Positions 27,907-36,676 of a stretch of 64,000 bases of DNA are shown one piece after another (positions within the stretch are counted from its first letter, which is position 1; each line of letters begins with the position of its first letter). The notes below the pieces were generated by a model. It made no database searches and had not been told where the DNA came from. It saw only the letters and a list, made by a program, of their open reading frames with translations. Position numbers and translations under genes: made by a program. Source of the DNA: an uncultured Chloroflexia bacterium (GTDB taxonomy: Bacteria > Chloroflexota > Limnocylindria > Limnocylindrales > CSP1-4). The DNA lies in NCBI GenBank assembly GCA_963813535.1, contig CAWEZH010000001.1, positions 32,001 through 96,000 of the forward strand. The letters are read 5' to 3'.

Positions 27907-28560
27907 GTGTCCGCCCGGCCGTCACCCCCGAGTCACGACATCATCGATGCGACCGCGATCTGCGCTGCCCTCGGTCGCTGTCGCGTGATGGTCGAGCGGC
28001 ATTCCACCTACCTGACCCGGCTCGATGCGATCCTCGGCGACGGTGACCATGGCGACAATCTGGTGATCGGCTTCCGTGCCGTCGACACGATGCTCATGGA
28101 CCTTCCCCGAGGCACGCCACCCGGCGAGGTGTTGCGGGCCGTCGGACATCGATTGGTCGCCGCCGTCGGGGGAGCGTCCGGACCCCTCTACGGCACGGCC
28201 TTCCTCGAGGCAGGGGCCACGGCCGGGGACGCGCCGACCCTCGACTCGTCGCTACTCGGCCCGATGTTGTCTGCCGCAGCCGACGGCCTCGCCCGCCGTG
28301 GACGGTGCGCCCTGGGCGACAAGACGATCCTTGACGCCCTCAGACCCGCGGCCGACGCATTCCTCGAGTCGATCACAGAGGGTCGGTCGCCGGCTGATGC
28401 GATGGCCGCCGCGGTGCGGGGGGCGGCCCGTGGGATGCGAGCGACCCGCCCCCTCGTCGCCCGGCGGGGGCTCGCCTTGCGACTCGGTGAACGCTCCATG
28501 GGCCATCTCGATCCAGGAGCCGTCTCGTGTGTCCTCCTGCTCAAGGCGATCGGTGGCTGA
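27907..28560 (+). CDS. Second DhaL (DAK2 domain) paralogue, possibly regulatory
   Basis: LDAILGDGDHGDNL, GGASGPLYG, GDKTILD, GERSMGHLDPGA; GRASYLG is replaced by GLALRLG. Start uncertain (GTG 27907 or ATG 27988). Confidence 0.85.
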   Translation: MSARPSPPSHDIIDATAICAALGRCRVMVERHSTYLTRLDAILGDGDHGDNLVIGFRAVDTMLMDLPRGTPPGEVLRAVGHRLVAAVGGASGPLYGTAFLEAGATAGDAPTLDSSLLGPMLSAAADGLARRGRCALGDKTILDALRPAADAFLESITEGRSPADAMAAAVRGAARGMRATRPLVARRGLALRLGERSMGHLDPGAVSCVLLLKAIGG

Positions 28561-30169
28561 GCGAGCCAGGTCGTCCGTGCGGATGGACATGGTGGACAAG
28601 TCCGCGCTACTGAGCCGGATCGACGCGCTCGAGCGTGACCGACGACGGGCGTTCGATGATGCCCAGCGCGAGGCAGATGCCCTCTTCGCTCAATACCAGC
28701 TCAGCCAGCTCATCTCGACCGGCGGGACCCTCCAGGAGCTGACTGGTGCCGTCCTGCTGGAGCTGCTACGCCTGGCCGACGCGGCCGGTGGTGCATTGTG
28801 GATCGGCGATCACGGTGAGACAGGCATCAACCTCGTGACGACCGTCGGGTCCACACCCGACGCGTCGATCGAGGCGACGTTCGCGGACATCGACGCCCTG
28901 CGAAGCTGGGCAGCGTCCCTGCCCGGTGCCAGCGACATGCAGCTTGGGGACGCGGTCCTACGGGCGGCGATCGTGATCTGGCCGGCAGCCGGGCAGGACC
29001 TCGATGAGGATGGGCTCCGGATCGTCCTGCTCGCACGACACGAGCTGCTGGTCGCCTTGCAGGGCGCCCGGCTCCGGGAGGCACTGGAGCGAGAGCGCGA
29101 CGAGCTGGGCGCCATCGTCGACGGCGCCACCGACCTGATCCTGCAGGTCGACGCGGACGGCTCGGTCGTGCGGCTGAACCCGGCCGGCGAACGATTGCTC
29201 GGCATCGCGGCTGAGGCGGCTGTCGGTCAGTCGTGTGCGGACGTGCTCGGCTGCGAGATCGCCGGTGGGCACGCATCGGTCGAATGCCCGCTGGCCGAGG
29301 TGCGCAGCACCGGCCAGCCGATCGCCTATCGCGAGTCAGCGATCCGTGGAGCCGCTGGAGCCCCGATCCGGGTCGCCGGCAGCTTCGCGGTATCGGGTAC
29401 GACCTCCGGATCCGATGCTCGCGCGACGGCCATCCTGCGTGATATCAGCGCCGTCCAGGCGCTCGAGGAATTGCGCGAGGGTTTCGTCGCGACGGTGAGT
29501 CACGAACTTCGGACACCCTTGGCCCTCATCCGTGGGTATGCCGAGACACTCCTTCACCTCCCGCTCGAACCGGACCAGCAGCGCGCCTACGTCGAGCGGA
29601 TCGATGAGGCCACCAATCGGCTCGCGACTCTCGTCGACGAGGTTCTCGACGTCACCCATCTCCAGGCCGATCCGCTGATCCTCGATCGTCGGGTGACGAC
29701 GTTCGACTCGCTCGTTGCCCGCTTGCGCGGCGACCTCGCGATGTCGCGGCAGGACGAGCGTCTCGTCGTCGATGCCAGCCCCGACCTCCCGGAGATCGAG
29801 GTCGATATCACGCGCGTCGGCCAGATTCTGGCGAACCTGGTGGGCAATGCGATGAAGTACGCGCCGGAGAGCAGCCTCGTGGTCCTGGGCGGGACCATCG
29901 CTGACGACCAGTGGCTGGCGGTCACTGTCGACGACGAAGGCATCGGCATCCCCGAGCAGGAGCGAGTCCTCGTCACCGAGCCGTTCCATCGCGCGTGGAA
30001 CGTTCGCGAGTCGCGCATCCCCGGGACCGGCCTTGGCCTGTTCATCTCGCGTCGCCTGGTGGAGGCCCACGGTGGTGAGCTCAGCGTGGGCGATCGCCCG
30101 GACGGCCGCTCCGGCACGCAGGTGCGGATCACGCTGCCACTCGCGTCGAACCAGCCCGACGATGGCTGA
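28553..30169 (+). CDS. Soluble sensor histidine kinase (coiled coil, GAF-like, PAS, HisKA, HATPase)
   Basis: VSHELRTPL H-box, NLVGNAMKY, DEGIGI, GTGLGL; PAS (VDADGSVVRLNPAGERLLG); no TM segment; overlaps the dhaL2 stop. Confidence 0.92.
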   Translation: MAERARSSVRMDMVDKSALLSRIDALERDRRRAFDDAQREADALFAQYQLSQLISTGGTLQELTGAVLLELLRLADAAGGALWIGDHGETGINLVTTVGSTPDASIEATFADIDALRSWAASLPGASDMQLGDAVLRAAIVIWPAAGQDLDEDGLRIVLLARHELLVALQGARLREALERERDELGAIVDGATDLILQVDADGSVVRLNPAGERLLGIAAEAAVGQSCADVLGCEIAGGHASVECPLAEVRSTGQPIAYRESAIRGAAGAPIRVAGSFAVSGTTSGSDARATAILRDISAVQALEELREGFVATVSHELRTPLALIRGYAETLLHLPLEPDQQRAYVERIDEATNRLATLVDEVLDVTHLQADPLILDRRVTTFDSLVARLRGDLAMSRQDERLVVDASPDLPEIEVDITRVGQILANLVGNAMKYAPESSLVVLGGTIADDQWLAVTVDDEGIGIPEQERVLVTEPFHRAWNVRESRIPGTGLGLFISRRLVEAHGGELSVGDRPDGRSGTQVRITLPLASNQPDDG

Positions 30170-30872
30170 CACGGTCCTCATCGTCGAGGACGAACCCGAA
30201 TTCCTCGGCCTGGTCGAGTTGTGGGTGGGACAGGCGGGCTTCCGGACCGTCACTGCCCGCACCGGGCCCGATGCACTGCGCCGCTTCTACGACGAGCGCC
30301 CGGACCTCGTGGTCCTCGACGTCGCATTGCCCGGCCTTGACGGCTGGCAACTGCTGGAGCGGCTACGCGAGTTCAGCCGCGTGCCGATCATCATGCTCAC
30401 GGCACGAGGCTCCGAAGCCGAGAAGATCCGTGGCTTGAAGCTCGGCGCCGACGACTACATCACGAAGCCCGTGTCCTTCCCCGAGCTCATCGCCCGCGTG
30501 GAAGCGGCCCTCCGCCGGGCGGGAACCAGCACGCCGGAGCGGTCGAGGCGGCTCCGTCACGGGGAGATGGTCGTCGACCTCGACGATCATCGAGCGCACC
30601 TGCGCGGCGTCGAGATCGACCTGACCCCGACCGAATTCCGCCTGCTCGCATTCCTGGTCGAGCACAGTGGTCAATTGGTCACCCATCGGCAGATGCTCGG
30701 CGGGGTCTGGGGAGCCGGCTACGACCGTGATGTCCACCTGCTGCGCATGACCGTCCGCAACCTGCGCCTCAAGCTCGATGCGGTCGCGCCCGGCGAATCG
30801 TTGATCGCGACGGAGTACGGCCTCGGCTATCGGCTCGTGGGCGCGCACTCGGACGACGCCGCCAGAAGCTAG
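30162..30872 (+). CDS. OmpR/PhoB-family response regulator
   Basis: VEDE, LVVLDVALPGLDG, MLTA, GADDYITKP, LTPTEFRLL winged helix, TEYGLGY. Confidence 0.95.
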   Translation: MADTVLIVEDEPEFLGLVELWVGQAGFRTVTARTGPDALRRFYDERPDLVVLDVALPGLDGWQLLERLREFSRVPIIMLTARGSEAEKIRGLKLGADDYITKPVSFPELIARVEAALRRAGTSTPERSRRLRHGEMVVDLDDHRAHLRGVEIDLTPTEFRLLAFLVEHSGQLVTHRQMLGGVWGAGYDRDVHLLRMTVRNLRLKLDAVAPGESLIATEYGLGYRLVGAHSDDAARS

Positions 30873-30968
30873 CGCCGGTGAATGCGCGGATACGCGGCAG
30901 GTGACTCCGCGCCGATAACCTGATCCCGGACGCCGATCGATCGTCGCCCGCCGCTCGAGGTAGGTGGC

Positions 30969-31547
30969 ATGCGTCGTTTCGTCTGGTTCCCGCTGCTCCT
31001 GGTCGTGCTGCTCGTGACCGGCCTCGCCGCGCCCGTCGGCGCCGCGGCGGGTGCACCCAGTCCCGACGAGGTCGTGACCTTCGTCAGCCGCCCCGACCTG
31101 ATCCGGCAGGGTCTGATCCGGTCCGGCACTCCGGCGCGCACATCGACACAGGCGCTCTGCCTGTTCGACTGCATCTATGTCGCGAATCGCCGCTATCTGC
31201 GGACGGTGAAGCCGTTCGTGACCATGGTCAAGGGCAATGGACCGGCCACGATCGCCATCGACATCACCCGCACCGTGAAGAACAGCTTCTCCGCGACGGT
31301 CGGCGTCACCGCCCAGGTCGTGACGGCCGGTGTCGGGTTCAGCGTCGAGCGGTCGGAGAGCGTGACGTATCGGTCGAGCACGAGCGTGCCCAACAAGGCG
31401 TGCTGGACGATGCGTGCCTACAACGTCTTCTTCGAATACGCGTTCGAGGTGTGGCGAGAGCCGTTCATCGGGGCCGACACCAAGATCGGCTCTGGCACAG
31501 CACGGGACTTCCAGGGCATCGAGTTCCGCCTCTCGAAGTCGTGCTGA
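30969..31547 (+). CDS. Secreted beta-rich protein, possible aerolysin/ETX-like pore-forming fold
   Basis: Sec signal peptide; Ser/Thr-alternating segment TVKNSFSATVGVTAQVVTAGVGFSVERSESVTYRSSTSVP. The fold call is tentative. Confidence 0.6.
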   Translation: MRRFVWFPLLLVVLLVTGLAAPVGAAAGAPSPDEVVTFVSRPDLIRQGLIRSGTPARTSTQALCLFDCIYVANRRYLRTVKPFVTMVKGNGPATIAIDITRTVKNSFSATVGVTAQVVTAGVGFSVERSESVTYRSSTSVPNKACWTMRAYNVFFEYAFEVWREPFIGADTKIGSGTARDFQGIEFRLSKSC

Positions 31548-31930
31548 TCCGGCTGGCGGCTGCGGTCGGGCTCGCGTGGTCGGCGGTGGCGTGCGCGAGC
31601 GCGCCGCCGACCGGCTCGCCCGTCCCGCCGGCCGCCCGTGTCGTCGCCCGGTGGGTCGCCGCCGACGCCTCGATCGTGGTGCTGAACGTGTCGCTCGAGC
31701 GCGGGTTCGATCGTCGCCGGATCCCGGTGCAGGCGCGCATCTACCGGCAAGCGCACCCGGCCTCCCGACTCATCATCACGTTCTTCGATGACACGGCCGG
31801 CCAGGAACGGTTCGTGATCGGCCATGTTCCGACCGACGGCTCGGCCCTCCCCGCCGGCCGACCGGCATCGGCCATCGCGACCTTCGACTTCCCGAGACCG
31901 ACGCCGACGGCTACGAACGGTGCGCCGTGA
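31541..31930 (+). CDS. Hypothetical lipoprotein
   Basis: GTG overlapping the upstream stop (GTGCTGA); signal LIRLAAAVGLAWSAVA-C lipobox. Confidence 0.6.
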   Translation: MLIRLAAAVGLAWSAVACASAPPTGSPVPPAARVVARWVAADASIVVLNVSLERGFDRRRIPVQARIYRQAHPASRLIITFFDDTAGQERFVIGHVPTDGSALPAGRPASAIATFDFPRPTPTATNGAP

Positions 31931-33603
31931 TGGCTCCCGGATCAAACAAGCGAACGGGCTCGTCAGCGGTGTGGACATCGAAGCCGGCGCGCTCGAGCAG
32001 CCGCCGCGCGATCGCGGAGCGGGTCTCGCGCGGCAACGGATCGACGACGTCGCGCTCCGCCACGGTGACGTGCGCGTCGCTGGGTGACGTTGCGTGGTGA
32101 CGGAGGAGTTCGGTCGCCACCCCCTGCCGCCGGAACGCCGGCGCGACACCCACCGCGAGCAACTCGCGACCGCCGTCGCGTGGGTCGCTCGGTGTGGACA
32201 GCGCAAGACCGACCACGGTCGAGCCGACCAGCACGGCAGACACGACCGCCGGGTCGCTCGCCCCGAGCGCGGCGGCGACCAGGGCGTAGGCGGAGACCGG
32301 ATCCGCCGGCGCGATCACGCGGGGCGCCAGCGCGAGATTCGCCCACGTGGCGGCCTCGACCCGTTCGATGATGGTCGGGGTACCGGCGATCGCCTCGGGC
32401 GCACCTGGCATCGAACCGGACGGTTCGGCCATCGGGTCCCACCACCCGTTCTCGATCGCCGCGACGAGCAGCCGGGGCGTCACCACGCTCTGCTGTATGG
32501 CGCCCGTGGCATAGGCCTGCTGATCGGCCACCTCCTGGGCGGCGTCCACAGGAAGGCCGGCGTTCGGTTCGTCGGTGAACCGCTCTGGGAGCGGCGCCTG
32601 ACCGTACCGAGCCGCCTCGGCCGACCAGCGGTCCCGCCACGCCTCCGGCGTGGCGTCCGGCACCTCAAGGTGCGCGCCGGCGAGCCAGGTGAGTGCCCAG
32701 GTCCGGGGTACCACTCGATAGGCGTCGTAGCCGCCACCGCCCGTGGCGAGCCACCGTCCCCGCCCATGCCGATGGGCGATCGAAATCGACGAGGCGGGCG
32801 GCCTCGCCATGCGCGGTCGTCGTCACGTTGAGGTGTGCCAGGGGATCCCACGCATGCGAATCGGCGCCATGCTGGGAGACGATGAGATCCGGCCCGAACG
32901 CGGCGGCCAGCGCGGGCAGGTGCCAGCGGACGACCTGCGTCCAGGCCGCCTCCCCGGTGAACGGTGGCAGCGGGACGTTGACGGCCGTCCCGGCCGCGGC
33001 TCCCTCCCCGACCTCGGTGACATCGCCGGTCCCCGGGAACAGATAGCGTCCGCTCTCATGGATCGAGAACGTCAGGACGCCGGGATCGTCCCAGAAGAGC
33101 GCCTGCACGCCGTCGCCGTGGTGCACGTCGAGGTCGATGTACATCACCCGCAGTCCGTCTCGCCTGGCGCGGGCGATCGCGAGCGCGGGATCGTTGTAGA
33201 TGCAGAACCCCCAGGCGCGATCCCGCATGGCGTGATGGAGACCGCCACCCGGGTGGAAGGCGTGCTCGACGTCCCCCCGCAGGATCGCCTCCATCGCCCG
33301 GACCGAGCCACCGGCGACCGCCGCGGCCGCCTCGTGCATGTCCAGGAACGGCGGGTTGTCCTGGATCCCGATGCCTGATTCCGGGAGCCCGTAGGGATCG
33401 ATCGAGAAACGCTTCACGACATCGACGTACTCGGGCGAATGGCACATCAGGAGGTCCGCATCCGACGCCGGTTCGGGCGCGAGATCAGGCTCCGCCCCGA
33501 CCGCCCGGAGCAGGTCGAAGCCCGGCCCGAACCGGCGCGGCGTCAACGGATGGCCGGGCCCGAAGTCGTAGTCGGTCGATCGGGGGCCGAAGACGAGCAG
33601 CAT
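31911..33603 (-). CDS. acuC: AcuC/HDAC-family deacetylase with C-terminal GNAT-like domain; one frameshift near 32784
   Basis: HP..P.RF, GGLHHA, GFCIYND, DLDVHHGDG, LFPGTG, GADSH in ORF 32665..33639. It continues (GGGGY...VAPAFRRQGVATELL) in ORF 31911..32810 if one T is removed from GATTTCG at 32783-32785. Confidence 0.82.
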
Positions 33604-33645
33604 GCTGCGCACGATACCGAGTGACGGCCGCGCTACCATCCGTCG

Positions 33646-33873
33646 ATGCAGGACATCGGGATCGTGCTCATCGTGATCCTCATCCTCGTGCTGCTGTGGC
33701 GCGGTCCGAAGACCCTGCCGCAGCTCGGCCGAGCGTTCGGACGAGGCGTGCGCGAGGCCAAGGAAGAGGCCGGCAAGGCCCAGGCCGAGATCCAGTCGCG
33801 GACGACGACTGACCCGCTCGACGACGATCCGGAGGCGCCCCGATCCGAGCGCACCCCGCCGGACGCGACCTGA
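33646..33873 (+). CDS. tatA: Twin-arginine translocase TatA/E subunit
   Basis: N-terminal TM helix, GPKTLPQLGRAFGRGVRE amphipathic helix, acidic tail. Confidence 0.8.
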   Translation: MQDIGIVLIVILILVLLWRGPKTLPQLGRAFGRGVREAKEEAGKAQAEIQSRTTTDPLDDDPEAPRSERTPPDAT

Positions 33874-33883
33874 CCGCGGCGGC

Positions 33884-34486
33884 GTGACCCCGGACGAGCT
33901 CGCCGCCCTTACCCGCCGACCGGGGCCCGGTCCGCATCGGACGTCGATCCACGTCGCCGGCGCGGAGACGACGACACTCGCCGATCTGCCACCGGCACGC
34001 GATGGGCTGCTGTTCGTCGGGCTGAACCCCTCCCCGGTCAGCGTCGACGCCGGTCACTACCACCAGGGCCGACTCGGACACCGTTTCTGGCAGCGCCTGA
34101 TGCTCGCCACGATCATCCCGCTGGGCACGGACCTCGCCGCGGCCGACGACGCCCTCGTCGCGGCAGGCCACGGCATCACGGATCTCATCAAGCGGCCATC
34201 TCCACGCGACGAGGCGTCGGATCAGGAGCTGCGCGAGGGCGTCGGTCCGCTATGGCAGAAGATCGCCCTGTGGCGGCCCGGTGCGGTCGTGTTCATCTAC
34301 AAGCGGGTCGCCGAGATCGCCGCGGGTCGGGTGCTGCTGGAGCCGTGGGGACAGCTCCAGGGCGTCGCCCTGGCCGGCCGGCCGTGCTTCCTGATGCCGG
34401 GCCCGTACGCGTCGACCGAGCAGGTCGACGAAGGACTCAACCTGCTCCGGAACCTGGCGGCGTCGCTTCCGGTCGATCGGCCGTAG
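33884..34486 (+). CDS. mug: Mismatch-specific uracil-DNA glycosylase family (Mug/TDG-like)
   Basis: LFVGLNPS..S...GHY...HRFW, GITDLIKRPS. Confidence 0.75.
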   Translation: MTPDELAALTRRPGPGPHRTSIHVAGAETTTLADLPPARDGLLFVGLNPSPVSVDAGHYHQGRLGHRFWQRLMLATIIPLGTDLAAADDALVAAGHGITDLIKRPSPRDEASDQELREGVGPLWQKIALWRPGAVVFIYKRVAEIAAGRVLLEPWGQLQGVALAGRPCFLMPGPYASTEQVDEGLNLLRNLAASLPVDRP

Positions 34487-35411
34487 GAGCGCCGTCCTCG
34501 ACCGCGGACGACGGCGTCGGCAGACCGAGGACGAACGCGGCGGCGAGCAGGAGCCATCCCGCGTACGACACCAGCGGAGTGATCACGAACACCACCGGCT
34601 GCTGGTCGGCCTGCAGGGGCACGAGGCCCAGCACTGGGAAGATCAGGCGCAGTCCCAGGAGTGCCAAGGCGCCGAGCGCCGCCAGCACCCAGGCTCGCTG
34701 CGGGGTCTCAGCGGCCATCCACCCCCCGACGGTGACCGTGGCGACGTACGCCCAGCCGAGCGTCACCAGCCCGCTGAGGACCGTCCCAAGGATCAGCTGC
34801 ACGATGAGGATCGGCGTCGCCTGATCCGGAAGGCCGGTGAGCACCAGGAAGGACAGCACCGTCGACACGATCGCGAGCGCTCCGAGCCAGATGGCGAGCG
34901 GCCGCTCGGCGGACCGACGTTCCCGGGACCGTGCCGACGAGAGCCCTGCCCCGAGGTACAGCAGGCCGAAAACGGCCAGCAACGAGGTGAAGAGTCGGAA
35001 GGCGAACAGCGCGGGGGCTTGGGAGAGCGGATCCGTGTCGCTCGGGGGTGTGATCCCGCTGAGGAACCGGCCGATCGGTTCACTGAAGACGTCGAGCAGC
35101 TCGCCGAACGCGAGAAGGAGCAGACCGAAGACGAGCAGCGGCATGGTGCGTCGTGCGTCGGGGTGCCGCCAGAACAGCACGAGCCCCAGGACCGGCGCGG
35201 TGACGGACGCTGTCCAGGACAGCACGTAGCTGATCGCCGCCCCCGCATCAGCGCCGTTGACCGACGGATCGAAGAGCTGTGTCGCACGCCAGACCTGCAG
35301 GAGTGTCACCGCTGCGAAGAACAGCGCCCACGGCGATTGCCGGGTGACGACGTCGGGGAGGTGCGGCGGTCGCGCATCCGGGATCGGCCGCGGTGTCGTG
35401 GTCTCGCTCAC
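34437..35411 (-). CDS. Hypothetical polytopic membrane protein
   Basis: About 8 hydrophobic helices; GTG 35411 lies 7 nt after TAGACT. Confidence 0.7.
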   Translation of the reverse strand: MSETTTPRPIPDARPPHLPDVVTRQSPWALFFAAVTLLQVWRATQLFDPSVNGADAGAAISYVLSWTASVTAPVLGLVLFWRHPDARRTMPLLVFGLLLLAFGELLDVFSEPIGRFLSGITPPSDTDPLSQAPALFAFRLFTSLLAVFGLLYLGAGLSSARSRERRSAERPLAIWLGALAIVSTVLSFLVLTGLPDQATPILIVQLILGTVLSGLVTLGWAYVATVTVGGWMAAETPQRAWVLAALGALALLGLRLIFPVLGLVPLQADQQPVVFVITPLVSYAGWLLLAAAFVLGLPTPSSAVEDGAPTADRPEATPPGSGAG

Positions 35412-35421
35412 GTCGCGGAGT

Positions 35422-36669
35422 CTATCGGGGGTGTCCACCAAGCCACAGAGCGTCGGGTGCCACGGCACGGAGCCGCTCGACGGATCGCCGCCACGAAGGC
35501 TCGTCGATGGGTCCGAAGACCGACCGCGCGCCACGTCGACCGTCGAGGTCGCCCGCAACGGCAAACTGCCCCTCCCCGACGACGAAGGCGAGGCTCTCCG
35601 GCTCAAGGCCAGGGGTCGCGACGACCCGCAACGGGACGTCCCCCGCATCGACCGTCAGCCCATCGCCGAGCTCGACGACCCGGTGCGGCAGGTGGCGGCC
35701 CCCACCGCGGCCGACGAGGACTTCGATGCCGAGCTGCTCTCGCACTGACTCCGCCCCGCCCGCGTGATCCGGCTCCGCGCACGTCAGGGCGATGGCCTCG
35801 ATCCGTCCTCCGCGCTTCGCCGCCTCGTCCATCGCTCGGTCGAGACCGGGGCCGGTCGGGTCACCCGGATCGATCAGGACGAACCGTTGCCGCCCGACGA
35901 GGTACGCCTCGACCGGCTGACCGGCCACCCCACCGCCCGCCGGCATCCCGATCCGGACGATCTCATCGGAGATGACCTCGACCTCGACCTGGCCGAGACG
36001 ACCCTGCGTCAGGTCCGAACGCACCTCATCGATCGAGGTCGCGTGGAGCAATTGGACAAGCGTCGTCGAGGTCGGCAGCCACATGGCCAGCTCCTCCCGC
36101 GCCATGGCCTCGAGCGCGGCGGCTGGCCGGTGCCAGGCGTGGGCGGCGACCTCCTCGCCGACCAGCGACGCCTCGACGCCCTCCGGTGCGAGCGCCGCGA
36201 AGAACCGTGCGTCGAACCGACGCTCGAGGATGGGTGGCGTGACCCATCGCGACAGAGGCACGAGGCGGTCGGTCCGTAGCCGCAGGTCGAGCTCCTCGGC
36301 GAGCGAGGGGAACGCGTCGGGTCCCGCCAGCAACCGGCGCCGGGCAGCGACGAGGTCGACATCGGCCCGGTGATCGGCCAACAGGATCCCGACCTCCTCG
36401 AACGCCTCGCGGATGGCGGCGATATACGCCGCGAGGGCCTGGGTCGGAGGCAGGTCGCCGCCGAGCGCCTCCGCCGCCGCCTCGGGCGAGACCACGCTCC
36501 GTGCCTGGACGGACGGTTCCGCGTCAGCGGCATCGACCCTCCCGCCCGGAAAGACCTGGACATCGGGCGCGAAGGACATCGATGCGGGCCGATGCGTGAG
36601 GAGGGCCTCAAGGCCGTTCGGCCCGGGTCGGAGCAGGACGACCGTCGCGGCGGGCAGCGGTGTCGACAC
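35422..36669 (-). CDS. NUDIX hydrolase fused to a degenerate metallo-beta-lactamase domain
   Basis: AATVVLLR, VFPGGRVD, AAIREAFEEVG, WVTP...RRFDARFF; then LIDPG, LTCAEPDHAGG, TPG, GD. Confidence 0.82.
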   Translation of the reverse strand: MSTPLPAATVVLLRPGPNGLEALLTHRPASMSFAPDVQVFPGGRVDAADAEPSVQARSVVSPEAAAEALGGDLPPTQALAAYIAAIREAFEEVGILLADHRADVDLVAARRRLLAGPDAFPSLAEELDLRLRTDRLVPLSRWVTPPILERRFDARFFAALAPEGVEASLVGEEVAAHAWHRPAAALEAMAREELAMWLPTSTTLVQLLHATSIDEVRSDLTQGRLGQVEVEVISDEIVRIGMPAGGGVAGQPVEAYLVGRQRFVLIDPGDPTGPGLDRAMDEAAKRGGRIEAIALTCAEPDHAGGAESVREQLGIEVLVGRGGGRHLPHRVVELGDGLTVDAGDVPLRVVATPGLEPESLAFVVGEGQFAVAGDLDGRRGARSVFGPIDEPSWRRSVERLRAVAPDALWLGGHPR

Positions 36670-36676
36670 GGGGTCG

